Origin: an uncultured Luteitalea sp.
GTDB taxonomy: Bacteria > Acidobacteriota > Vicinamibacteria > Vicinamibacterales > Vicinamibacteraceae
Assembly (NCBI GenBank): GCA_934541105.1
Contig: CAKTDA010000005.1
Location: 155,245-219,244, forward strand
DNA: 64,000 nucleotides
Reading direction: 5' to 3'
The notes under the pieces were generated by a model that saw only the letters and a list, made by a program, of their open reading frames with translations, searched no databases and had not been told where the DNA came from. This document shows, piece by piece, positions 29,929-38,087 of the stretch; position 1 is the first letter of the stretch; the number at the start of each line of letters is the position of its first letter. The translations under genes and the position numbers were made by a program.

Positions 29929-30831
29929 CTACGCGATCGCGGTGCGGAACTCGTCGAGGAAGCGCCGCACCTTGTCCTTCGCGTCGCCGGGACCGAGCGT
30001 CTCGATGGGCACGTAGCCGCGGTAGCGCGCCTCGCGGAGGATGCGCGCGATCTGCTTCAGGTCGACGCGCTCCTCCCGGCCACGCCGGTACACGAGTTCC
30101 TTCACCTGCCACGTGTAGGCATGCGGCGCGAGCCGCGCGATCTCGGCATACGGATCGTCGGTCGTGCGCAGGCTGCCGATGTCCACGTTGAGGCCGAACC
30201 ATGGCGACGTGATCCGCCGGCGAATCTCCAGGTAGTCGTCGGCGACCTTCAGGGCATCGTTGTGGTTCTGGAGGACGATGGCTACGCCGCGAACTGCGCC
30301 GGCGTCCACGCAGCGCTGAATCCCGTCGACGATCCAGTCCATCACGGCCGCCTTCGGATGGCCGTCCGGCATCACGCGCCCGTCGAACACGCGCAGCACC
30401 GGTGCACCAAGCTTCGCAGCCACGTCCACCCACTCGGTGACGAGCCCGACGTCGGCGTCGCGCTTCGCGGCGTCAGGGACGGCAAAGTCGTTGCGCACGC
30501 CGGTCCCGCTGATGCCGAGCCCGAGGCTGAAGGCCAGGTGCTTGATGCGGTAGATCCGCGCGTCGTCCGGCACCGCGGGGTAGCCGGTGAAGTAGTACCC
30601 GGTCGGGTCCACGGCGTCGAACCCGATCTGCGCGCAGTACTCGATGACCTGCTCGAGCGACATCTCGCCGCGCGTGAGCGGCCCGTTGAACGAATAGAGA
30701 TTGCAGCTGGTCTTGATGCGCGACGGAAATCCGGGCACCACCGACGCCCGCGCACGTGTGCCTGCCGTCGTTGCCGCCGTTGCCGTGAGTGCGGCCAGCC
30801 ATGCGCGCCTGCTGATGGTCATGATTCGCAT
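29929..30831 (-). CDS. xylose-isomerase-like TIM-barrel protein, Tat-exported
   Basis: Internal ATG (comp. 30829-30831) of ORF 29929..32019. MRIMTISRRAWLAALTATAATTAG Tat signal. FDAVD..., LQNHND and YRGYVPIET motifs. Confidence 0.88.
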   Translation of the reverse strand: MRIMTISRRAWLAALTATAATTAGTRARASVVPGFPSRIKTSCNLYSFNGPLTRGEMSLEQVIEYCAQIGFDAVDPTGYYFTGYPAVPDDARIYRIKHLAFSLGLGISGTGVRNDFAVPDAAKRDADVGLVTEWVDVAAKLGAPVLRVFDGRVMPDGHPKAAVMDWIVDGIQRCVDAGAVRGVAIVLQNHNDALKVADDYLEIRRRITSPWFGLNVDIGSLRTTDDPYAEIARLAPHAYTWQVKELVYRRGREERVDLKQIARILREARYRGYVPIETLGPGDAKDKVRRFLDEFRTAIA

Positions 30832-30888
30832 CCCGATTCCGGAACTCCTGGCAACCAGTCTCCGGCGCAGTATAGTGTCCCGCAAGCC

Positions 30889-31608
30889 ATGCGTGCCCTC
30901 CTCGTTGCCTCGATCTGCCTGCTCGTCCCGCTCGCTGCCGGCGCACAGCCGCGGCCGGAATGGGCGCCACTGTTCAACGGCAAGGACTTCACCGGCTGGA
31001 CCAACATCAACACCGCGCCCGACACATGGAGCATCCGCGACGGCATGGTGGTGACGACGGGCAAGCCGCTCGGCGTGCTGTGCAGCGATCGCATGTACGA
31101 GAACTTCGTGCTGCACGTCGAGTGGATGCACCTCGAGCCGGGTGGCAACTCCGGGATGTTCATCTGGAGTGCGGCGCGGGCCGACGAGGAGGACCGCCTG
31201 CCGGACGGCCTGGAGGTGCAGATGCTCGAGCTCGACTGGCCGACGCTCAACGTGCGCAACGGCGTGACGCCGACCGACGACTACGTCCACGGCGAGTTGT
31301 TCGGCGTCGGCGGCGTGAAGATCGTCCCCGACAACCCGCGCGGATCGCGCAGCAAGTCGATCGAGAAGCGCGCAATCGGCCGCGGCAACTGGAACACCTA
31401 CGACCTCGTGGCGGTCGACGGCGTCGCGAAGCTGTCGGTGAACGGGAAGTTCGTCAACGGCATCAGCAAGTCGTCCCGACGCAAGGGCTACATCTGCATG
31501 GAGGCCGAGGGTGCGGAGATCCACTTCCGCAACCTCTGGATCATGGAACTGCCCGGGGGCGTCACCACGCCCGATCAGATTGCCCCTGAGCGCGAGGTGC
31601 GCCGATGA
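30889..31608 (+). CDS. DUF1080 (3-keto-disaccharide hydrolase-like) secreted protein
   Basis: ATG 30889 inside ORF 29899..31608, with signal peptide. WAPLFNGKDFTGWT...WSIRDGMVV...YENFVLHVEW...NSGMFIW...IHFRNLWI is the canonical DUF1080 pattern. Confidence 0.85.
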   Translation: MRALLVASICLLVPLAAGAQPRPEWAPLFNGKDFTGWTNINTAPDTWSIRDGMVVTTGKPLGVLCSDRMYENFVLHVEWMHLEPGGNSGMFIWSAARADEEDRLPDGLEVQMLELDWPTLNVRNGVTPTDDYVHGELFGVGGVKIVPDNPRGSRSKSIEKRAIGRGNWNTYDLVAVDGVAKLSVNGKFVNGISKSSRRKGYICMEAEGAEIHFRNLWIMELPGGVTTPDQIAPEREVRR

Positions 31609-32273
31609 CACGACGCGAGATCCTGCTGCTCGGCCTCGTTGCCGGCACGCTGACGACGAGAGCCGAAGGCCGGCAGGCGCCTGCCGCCGACGACCGGTGG
31701 GCCGCCGACATGGCCGCCTTCGCCAGCGAGGACGCGGCCAGGCCGTTTGCGAAGGGCGGCATTGTCTTCGTGGGGAGTTCGAGCATCCGCTTGTGGAAGA
31801 CCGCGGAGGCGTTCCCGGGCCTGCCGATCCTGAATCGCGGCTTCGGCGGTTCCCGGATTCCCGATTCCGTGCAGCACGTCGAGAGGCTCGTGCTGCGGCA
31901 TGCCCCGCGGACCGTCGTGCTCTACGCCGGCGACAACGACATCGCCGCCGGCCACACCCCGCAGCAGGTGGGGGAGAGCTTCGATGCGTTCGTGGGCAAG
32001 GTCCACGCAGCGCTGCCACAGGCGCGCATCGCCTTTGTCGCCATCAAGCCGAGCCTCGCGCGCTGGAACCTCGTGGACAAGGTCCGTGAAGCCAATCGCC
32101 TGATTCGCGCACGCTGCGACGCCGACGACCGACTGGGCTTCATCGACGTGGACGGGCCGATGATCGGCTGGAACGGCAAGCCCCGCGCCGACCTGTTCGT
32201 CAAGGACGGCCTCCACCTCTCGGAGAAGGGGTACGCGCTCTGGAACGTCCTCACGCGGCCGTTCCTGGACTAG
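31605..32273 (+). CDS. SGNH/GDSL-family hydrolase
   Basis: ORF 31605..32273, ATGA overlap with the DUF1080 gene. Block I VFVGSSSI, block II GFGGS, block III YAGDND, block V DGLHLS. Confidence 0.85.
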   Translation: MTRREILLLGLVAGTLTTRAEGRQAPAADDRWAADMAAFASEDAARPFAKGGIVFVGSSSIRLWKTAEAFPGLPILNRGFGGSRIPDSVQHVERLVLRHAPRTVVLYAGDNDIAAGHTPQQVGESFDAFVGKVHAALPQARIAFVAIKPSLARWNLVDKVREANRLIRARCDADDRLGFIDVDGPMIGWNGKPRADLFVKDGLHLSEKGYALWNVLTRPFLD

Positions 32274-32280
32274 AACCCGC

Positions 32281-32378
32281 CGAACGCCGAACGTGGACGG
32301 ACGAGGGCCGGAGGCCGACCGACGAGGGCCGACGGCCGACCGACGAAGGCCGAAGGCCGACCGACGAAGGCCGAAGAC
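32281..32378. repeat. 14 heptamer units in unbroken register with a 21-nt super-repeat
   Basis: cgaacgc cgaacgt ggacgga cgagggc cggaggc cgaccga cgagggc cgacggc cgaccga cgaaggc cgaaggc cgaccga cgaaggc cgaagac. The super-repeat is CGACCGA-CGARGGC-CGAMGGC x3 (32316-32378). It ends 7 nt before ATG 32386. Confidence 0.95.
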
Positions 32379-32385
32379 CACTGTG

Positions 32386-33438
32386 ATGCCCCACAAGACC
32401 TACCGCGTGGCCGTCCTCGGCCTCGGACACTGGTACTCCGCCTACGGGCTCGCGCGGGCGCTGCCCGAATACCCGCACGCCGAACTGGTGGCGGTTGCCG
32501 AGCCCGATCGCGCCCGCCGCGAGGAGTACGCCGGGACGTTCCGCATCGACGCCGCAGCCGACTACGCGGACGTGATTGCCCGCCGCGACGTCGACATCGT
32601 CCACATCGCATCGCCGGTGGGCGACATCCCGGCGCTGGCGATCGCGGCGGCCCGTGCCGGCAAGCACATCGTGCTCGGCAAGCCGATGGCGATGACGCTC
32701 GACGAGGCCGACGACATGGTGCGCGCCGTCGAGGCCGCGGGCGTGCTGTGCGTGCCGTTCCAGGGCATCATGCGGCTCCGGCACCAGCACCTGAAGGCGC
32801 GCCTCGATGCCGGCGCGATCGGCGATCTCGCGGTGCTGCACCAGGCGGGGCGCTGGTCGATTGCCGAAGATTGGTACCGCTCGGGCCAGCCGGGATGGTT
32901 CGTGGATCCGGCGCAGGTGCCCGGCGGCGCGTTGATCGACGAGGGCATCTACTGGATGGATCTGTTCCGGTGGCTTGCCGGCAGTGAGGTCGTCGAGGTC
33001 GACGCGCGCACGCGCAACATCGTCCACACCGACATCCCGGTCGAGGACTGGGGCTTTGCGATCTTCACCTTCGCCAACGGCATCACGGCTACGCTCGAAG
33101 CGTCGTGGACCATCAACGCGCCCCGACGGACCGCACCCTCTCCCAAGCACAACAGCGTTGTCCGCCTCGAGTTGATCGGCACGCGTGGCGAGTTGATGGA
33201 GCAGTGGTTCCGATCGCCTGGTGGTGCGGCACTCACCGCAGGTGCCGAGGACTGGGTGTACGAGCGGCGCAGCGACGAGCCGTTTGCCGCTCCCGCGCCG
33301 TTCCCGCTGAATCACCTCGTGGAGTGCCTGGCAGGCCGGGCCACCCCGCTTGCGACGATCCGGGATGCGCGGGCGTCGCTGGCGATGGCCCTTGCGGCCT
33401 ACGAATCCGCACGCACGGGCCGTCCGGCCAGACCGTGA
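32386..33438 (+). CDS. Gfo/Idh/MocA-family oxidoreductase (no signal peptide)
   Basis: ATG 32386 inside ORF 32293..33438. YRVAVLGLGHWYS Rossmann motif, VLGKPM. The track N-terminal extension is a translation of the repeat array. Confidence 0.9.
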   Translation: MPHKTYRVAVLGLGHWYSAYGLARALPEYPHAELVAVAEPDRARREEYAGTFRIDAAADYADVIARRDVDIVHIASPVGDIPALAIAAARAGKHIVLGKPMAMTLDEADDMVRAVEAAGVLCVPFQGIMRLRHQHLKARLDAGAIGDLAVLHQAGRWSIAEDWYRSGQPGWFVDPAQVPGGALIDEGIYWMDLFRWLAGSEVVEVDARTRNIVHTDIPVEDWGFAIFTFANGITATLEASWTINAPRRTAPSPKHNSVVRLELIGTRGELMEQWFRSPGGAALTAGAEDWVYERRSDEPFAAPAPFPLNHLVECLAGRATPLATIRDARASLAMALAAYESARTGRPARP

Positions 33439-33471
33439 CTCCACGAGTCTTCTGCGGCTGAGGTTCGTTTC

Positions 33472-33498
33472 GAACCCTGCCATTCGTTTTGATCGTCT
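33472..33498 (+). promoter_or_regulatory. candidate ECF-type promoter (GAACC-N17-CGTCT)
   Basis: GAACC (33472-33476) and CGTCT (33494-33498), about 60 nt upstream of the ECF sigma start. Spacing is at the long end for AAC...CGT promoters. Motif match only. Confidence 0.25.
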
Positions 33499-33557
33499 AG
33501 CACCAGCATCCCCGTCGAACGTCCGGTCTGTCTCGTTGTCGATGAGGCAAGTGGATC

Positions 33558-34166
33558 GTGAGCGCAGTCACCAATCCGCGGCCCGGTGCGATGCGCGCCG
33601 GCTCGATCACGCGTGAAACGTTCGGGCGCCTCATGGTGATGGCGCGCGACGGCGACACGGCAGCGCTGCACGACCTCTTCGCGCGGCACATGGCGCCGCT
33701 GCGTCGATGGGCCCGCGGCCGGTTGCCCCGGTGGGCGCGCACGGTGGCCGACACGGCCGATCTCGTGCAGGAGGCGCTCGTGCACACCCTGCGCCGCCTG
33801 GGCGAGTTCGAGCCGCAGGGCCACGGTGCACTGCAGGCCTACCTGCGCCGCGCGGTGGACAACCGCATCAACGACGAGTTCCGCAGGATCGCGCGGCGCG
33901 GGCTTGCCTCCGCGCTCGACGACGGGCAGGCCGACGCACGGCCCTCGCCACTCGACGAGGCGATGGCGCAGCAGACCGAGGCCCGCTATCGCGCAGCGCT
34001 GGCGCGGCTGCGTCCCGGGGATCGACGCCTCGTCGTGGCGCGCGTGGAACTCGGGTACTCGCTCGAACAACTGGCCCTGCTTACCGGACGCCAGCGCGTG
34101 GACACCGCTCGCGTGGCACTGCGCCGGGCCATCGAGCGGCTGGCCGCCGAGATGGCGCGTGGCTGA
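33558..34166 (+). CDS. ECF-family RNA polymerase sigma factor
   Basis: ORF 33558..34166 (GTG start, GAGG 10 nt upstream). Region 2: LFARHMAPLRRWARGRL...ADTADLVQEALVHTLRRLGEF. Region 4 HTH: YSLEQLALLTGRQRVDTARVALRRAIERL. Confidence 0.88.
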   Translation: MSAVTNPRPGAMRAGSITRETFGRLMVMARDGDTAALHDLFARHMAPLRRWARGRLPRWARTVADTADLVQEALVHTLRRLGEFEPQGHGALQAYLRRAVDNRINDEFRRIARRGLASALDDGQADARPSPLDEAMAQQTEARYRAALARLRPGDRRLVVARVELGYSLEQLALLTGRQRVDTARVALRRAIERLAAEMARG

Positions 34167-36627
34167 CGCCGGCATCGCCGCGCCTTTGCGGCGTGCGGGC
34201 CTTGCCGGTTCCCGCACGCGGGCCATTCGGACGATCGCCGATGCGCTCGTCCACGATGAGCCGATTCACTGGGACGGGGCCGACGCACTCGGCAGCACGC
34301 CGCACGAGCGCCTGCTGACCCGCGAGTTGCGGAGCCTGGCGTGGCTGTCCGCACACGCGGCCGATCCCACACCTCCGGTCAGGTCGCGCGCCGGCAGCCG
34401 TCGGGATCTCCTCGGCCTCGTGCTTGTCATGCTGGCCGCTGCGCAGATCCTCGGTGCCCTGGCGCTGCTGGTGCCTGGTCCGATCGCGGTGCCCATCGCG
34501 TCGTGGATCGCCATGGCCTCGTGTGTCATCGCGGCCGCCACGCTGCTCGGGCGCGGACGCGACGACGCGGCTGCGTGGTCGGTTGGCGTCGTCCTGCTGC
34601 TCGTGGCTACGCTGGAGGGCCGGGCGCTGGTCATGTCCGCAGGGCCGGCTGCGTCGGCATGGTGGCAGGACCTGTGGCACGTCGTCCACGCGGAGGCATT
34701 CATCCCGGTGGCGGCCTGGCGTGCAGCGCGGGCATGTCCGGGCGTGGTGCGGTTCAGCCGGTTCGACGCATGCTCGCGTGTGATGCGGGCCGTGGCGTTC
34801 GCCACGAGCATCGGGCTGGTGGTCGTGCACGATCGTGCGGTCCTGATGCCGCGTGATGCGTCCGGCGTCGTGCTGACGGCCTGGGTGGTTGCCGCGGTCC
34901 TGACAATTGCCGTTCGCAGCGGATCGTCGCGGCGGGTCGCGTGGCAGTCCGGTGCGTTGGCAGCGGCGCTTGCGACGTACGCGGCGCTGCAGGTCGGCGT
35001 GTGGCCGCCGACAGTCGATGCGCTCGCGGCGACAATCTGGCCATGGCTCGTGGCCACGCCGTGGTTGTGGCGCACCGGCCGCGCCGGACGCCGGACACCG
35101 GAAGCCGCGGCGCTGGACCTGATGGCGCACGCGCTGCGTCCGGTGCGCGCCGCGCTCATGCGGCGGCGCGACCGCAAGCGCGGCTCCGGCCTCGCGCGAG
35201 TGGCCGCGTGTGTGGCGTGTGGTCGCACCACGGGGGAGATCGCCGCGACCCTGCTCGAGCACATGATGAAGGGGCTCGACGTCGCGGACGGTGCCGTGCT
35301 GGTGCCGTCGGGCGCGACGTGGGTTCCGCTCGCCGGCGTGGCTCCGGCGCTCCCTTGCGATTCGGGTGTCGCCGCGTTGCTCGCCACGGCGGGACCGCCG
35401 CTCCGTGTGCGGGCTGGCGACGGGCTCTTCGGCCTGTTACCGGCTCGCGACCGTGCGTGGCTGCAGGGGGCCGGGCTCGAGGTCGTGGCACCACTGACGG
35501 CGGCGGATGGACGACCGCTTGCGGCGCTGGCACTCGGAGCCCGCCGCGACGGCAGGCCGCACACCTCACGTGACCTTGCGTTCGTCGCGGCAGCGGCGAG
35601 TACGGCGACGATTGCGCTGCAGGCCGAAGCCAGGCGGATGGCGTTCCCGGGCGCATCAGATGACTGCGAGCAGGAACTGGCGCTCGAGTGCGTCGCGTGC
35701 GGCGGCGTGGCAACGGCCGTCGCGCCGTGCGGCTGTGGCGCTGCGTCAATGCTCGCGTCGCTGCCGGCCCGGCTTGCCGACAAGTTCGTGGTCGAGCGAC
35801 GCATCGGTCGCGGCGGCATGGGCGTGGTGTATCTCGCGCGCGACGAGCGCCTCGGCCGCCAGGTCGCCCTCAAGACGCTGCCGCGCCTGCGGCACGCCGA
35901 TGCGGCCGGGATGCACGCCGAGGCGCGCGCGATGGCTGCCGTGGCGCATCCCGCCGTGGCGGTGCTCTATGAACTGCACGTCTGGCGCGATACCCCGGTG
36001 CTCGTGACCGAGTACCTGGCCGGGGGCACGCTCGCGGCGCGGCTCACGCACGGCCCCATGGCTCCGGTCGAGGCCGTTGCCCTTGCCACGTCGCTTGCCG
36101 ACGCGCTCGCCGACCTGCACGCGGACGGCTGGATGCACGGCGACATCAAGCCGAGCAACATCGGCTTCGGTCGGGCGGGCACGCCGAAGCTCCTCGACTT
36201 CGGGCTCGCGCGGCTCGTCGCCGGCGCGCGCACGCCCCCCGGAGCCGCGTGCCCGGCCGCCCGCTGCACCGACAGCAGCGTCGCCCTCGCCGGCACGCCG
36301 CGATACCTCTCACCCCAGGCGCTCGAAGGGCGCGGCGTGGGCGCGCATGCCGACGCCTGGGCGCTGTCGGTCGTGTTGTTCGAGATGGTGGCTGGCGTGC
36401 ATCCGTTCCGCACGACGTCGCTTGCCGCCATGCTGCGCGACATGCACCGGCGGGTGCCAGACGTCCGCGACGTCGCGCCACACGTCCCGGCCGTCCTCGC
36501 CCTGACGTTGCAGCAGGCGCTGCATCCGGATCCGTCGCGGCGGATTGTCACCGCGGCCGAGTGCGCTGCCGCGTTACGCCAGGTCTCGGTGCAGATCGGG
36601 ACGGATGTCAGTTCGCGACGCGCGTGA
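34159..36627 (+). CDS. multi-pass membrane Ser/Thr protein kinase (N-terminal cytoplasmic segment, TM block, GAF-like region, Cys-rich ribbon, C-terminal kinase)
   Basis: Frame of ORF 33826..36627. GTG 34159 overlaps the sigma stop by 8 nt (GTGGCTGA). About 8 hydrophobic helices at 34400-35050. CVACGG...CGCG near 35690-35740. Kinase motifs GRGGMGVVYLA, VALK, HGDIKPSNIGF, DFGLA. Confidence 0.85.
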   Translation: MADAGIAAPLRRAGLAGSRTRAIRTIADALVHDEPIHWDGADALGSTPHERLLTRELRSLAWLSAHAADPTPPVRSRAGSRRDLLGLVLVMLAAAQILGALALLVPGPIAVPIASWIAMASCVIAAATLLGRGRDDAAAWSVGVVLLLVATLEGRALVMSAGPAASAWWQDLWHVVHAEAFIPVAAWRAARACPGVVRFSRFDACSRVMRAVAFATSIGLVVVHDRAVLMPRDASGVVLTAWVVAAVLTIAVRSGSSRRVAWQSGALAAALATYAALQVGVWPPTVDALAATIWPWLVATPWLWRTGRAGRRTPEAAALDLMAHALRPVRAALMRRRDRKRGSGLARVAACVACGRTTGEIAATLLEHMMKGLDVADGAVLVPSGATWVPLAGVAPALPCDSGVAALLATAGPPLRVRAGDGLFGLLPARDRAWLQGAGLEVVAPLTAADGRPLAALALGARRDGRPHTSRDLAFVAAAASTATIALQAEARRMAFPGASDDCEQELALECVACGGVATAVAPCGCGAASMLASLPARLADKFVVERRIGRGGMGVVYLARDERLGRQVALKTLPRLRHADAAGMHAEARAMAAVAHPAVAVLYELHVWRDTPVLVTEYLAGGTLAARLTHGPMAPVEAVALATSLADALADLHADGWMHGDIKPSNIGFGRAGTPKLLDFGLARLVAGARTPPGAACPAARCTDSSVALAGTPRYLSPQALEGRGVGAHADAWALSVVLFEMVAGVHPFRTTSLAAMLRDMHRRVPDVRDVAPHVPAVLALTLQQALHPDPSRRIVTAAECAAALRQVSVQIGTDVSSRRA

Positions 36628-37453
36628 AGCCGACGCCGACACCACGCCCCGGGATTGCCATCGGCGTCATCGCGAAGCGCGTCGGGCCGCGCCCGATCGT
36701 CACCGCGCGGCCTGCCACGATGCCGATGCCCGCGCCGAGGATCACGTCGCTCGCGAAGTGCCGCCTCTCGGCAAGCCGCGAGCCGGCCACGTAGGCGGCC
36801 ACGGCATACGCCGGAACCCCGGCCTTCCAGCCGTAGTGCCGCTGCAGCACGGTCGCCGAGGCGAACGTCCCCGAACTGTGGCCGGATGGAAGCGACCAGT
36901 TGTCGCCGTCAGGCCGCTGTCTGTTGATGCTCAGCTTGAGCGCCTGCGTCAGGCCCTGGGCAACCACCTGGGCGCGCACGAGATCCGCACCGAGTTGGGT
37001 GCCGCGGCCGTGACCGGCAAGACGGGCGATGGCGTACGTGGCGACCGCGCCGCCGAACTGCACACCGAAACCGCCGACGATCTCGCCTGGCCCGAAGATC
37101 CGGGTCAGCGTGGGCGATGTCGCCATGTGCTGCGTGAGCCTGGCGTCGTGCGGATGGACGAGGGCCGCCGATGCACCAGCCGCGAGCAGGAGCCCGATGT
37201 TCTCCGCGCGGGCCACATGCGCGACCCGCCCGGGCAGCGCGCCGACGAGGGACGAGACTGTCGGCAGCGCCGGGGCGGCGTGTGGTCGCGATGGCGGCAC
37301 ACGGGTGATCGGCGGTGGCTGGCCGTCGCCCGTCGGCAGGGGAGCTGTCGTGTGGGCCGCAAGCGTCTCGATCGCCGCCGCATCCTGCGCGAAGGCGACG
37401 GGCGACGACATGCAGAGGACCACGGCGAACGGCGCGATGAGCCGGATGCGCAT
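36608..37453 (-). CDS. PAP2-family phosphatase, secreted/membrane
   Basis: ORF 36608..37453. Motifs KLSINRQRP, PSGHS and SRLAERRHFASD match KxxxxxxRP / PSGH / SRxxxxxHxxxD. The 3' end overlaps the convergent kinase gene by 20 nt. Confidence 0.85.
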   Translation of the reverse strand: MRIRLIAPFAVVLCMSSPVAFAQDAAAIETLAAHTTAPLPTGDGQPPPITRVPPSRPHAAPALPTVSSLVGALPGRVAHVARAENIGLLLAAGASAALVHPHDARLTQHMATSPTLTRIFGPGEIVGGFGVQFGGAVATYAIARLAGHGRGTQLGADLVRAQVVAQGLTQALKLSINRQRPDGDNWSLPSGHSSGTFASATVLQRHYGWKAGVPAYAVAAYVAGSRLAERRHFASDVILGAGIGIVAGRAVTIGRGPTRFAMTPMAIPGRGVGVGFTRVAN

Positions 37454-37564
37454 GCAGAATCCTGTTCGGGGCGCGACGGGCGCTCCTGATGAATCGGTCT
37501 GGACGCGCTACTCTACAGCAACTCGTCCGGGAACGGCGTCGTCCTCCGGGCGTCTGAACAACCA

Positions 37565-38044
37565 ATGGACAGCCGACACCTCCTGCTCGACACCTTCGTC
37601 CACCTCGCACCGTTGCGCATGCTCGAGGATCTGTCGGGCGACCAGGCGGTGCGTCCGCCGGCGCCGATGATGCACAGCGTGGCGGGCCTCGTGGCCCATA
37701 TGGACTTCTGGCAGCAGTGGTTCCTGCAGCGATGCCGCGGCGTGGCCGTGCCCATGGCGGCGCGTGCGGCCGACGGCTGGCCGGACGTCACCGCGGTGGG
37801 CTGGCCGACCCTCGTGGCCCGCTTCGAAGAGGGGCTTCGTGAGGTCGCCGGGCTCGGTGGCGATGCCGAGGCGCGGGCCACGCCAATCCGTCCGACCATC
37901 GAACTGCCGGCGATGGCCGGCTACACGCAGCACGACGCCGTCGTGCACGTCGCGCAGCACAACTCGCATCACCTCGGGCAGGTCGTCTCGGCGCGGCAGG
38001 TGTTGGGCCTGTGGCCCCCGCGGGCCGGCAGCTGGACGTGGTGA
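37565..38044 (+). CDS. DinB-family protein
   Basis: ORF 37565..38044. HMDFWQQWF ... HVAQHNSHHLGQV shows the DinB_2-type His triad pattern. Confidence 0.8.
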   Translation: MDSRHLLLDTFVHLAPLRMLEDLSGDQAVRPPAPMMHSVAGLVAHMDFWQQWFLQRCRGVAVPMAARAADGWPDVTAVGWPTLVARFEEGLREVAGLGGDAEARATPIRPTIELPAMAGYTQHDAVVHVAQHNSHHLGQVVSARQVLGLWPPRAGSWTW

Positions 38045-38051
38045 GCCGGCT

Positions 38052-38087
38052 CGAGCCGAACACCGAACGTCGAACGCCGAACGCCGG
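38052..38087. repeat. heptamer tandem repeat filling a convergent intergenic spacer
   Basis: cgagc cgaacac cgaacgt cgaacgc cgaacgc cgg. It occupies nearly all of the 43 nt between stop 38042-38044 (+) and stop 38088-38090 (-). Confidence 0.9.

Noticed and set aside
32293-32385. Peptides encoded by the repeat arrays (e.g. MDGRGPEADRRGPTADRRRPKADRRRPK, RRSAFGLRRSAFG on the other strand) as real N-terminal extensions or small proteins
   Set aside because: The periodic sequence is open in several frames on both strands simply because it lacks stop codons. The Gfo/Idh/MocA domain starts cleanly at ATG 32386 with its Rossmann motif. Only the 43680-43709 copy has a period that is a multiple of three.
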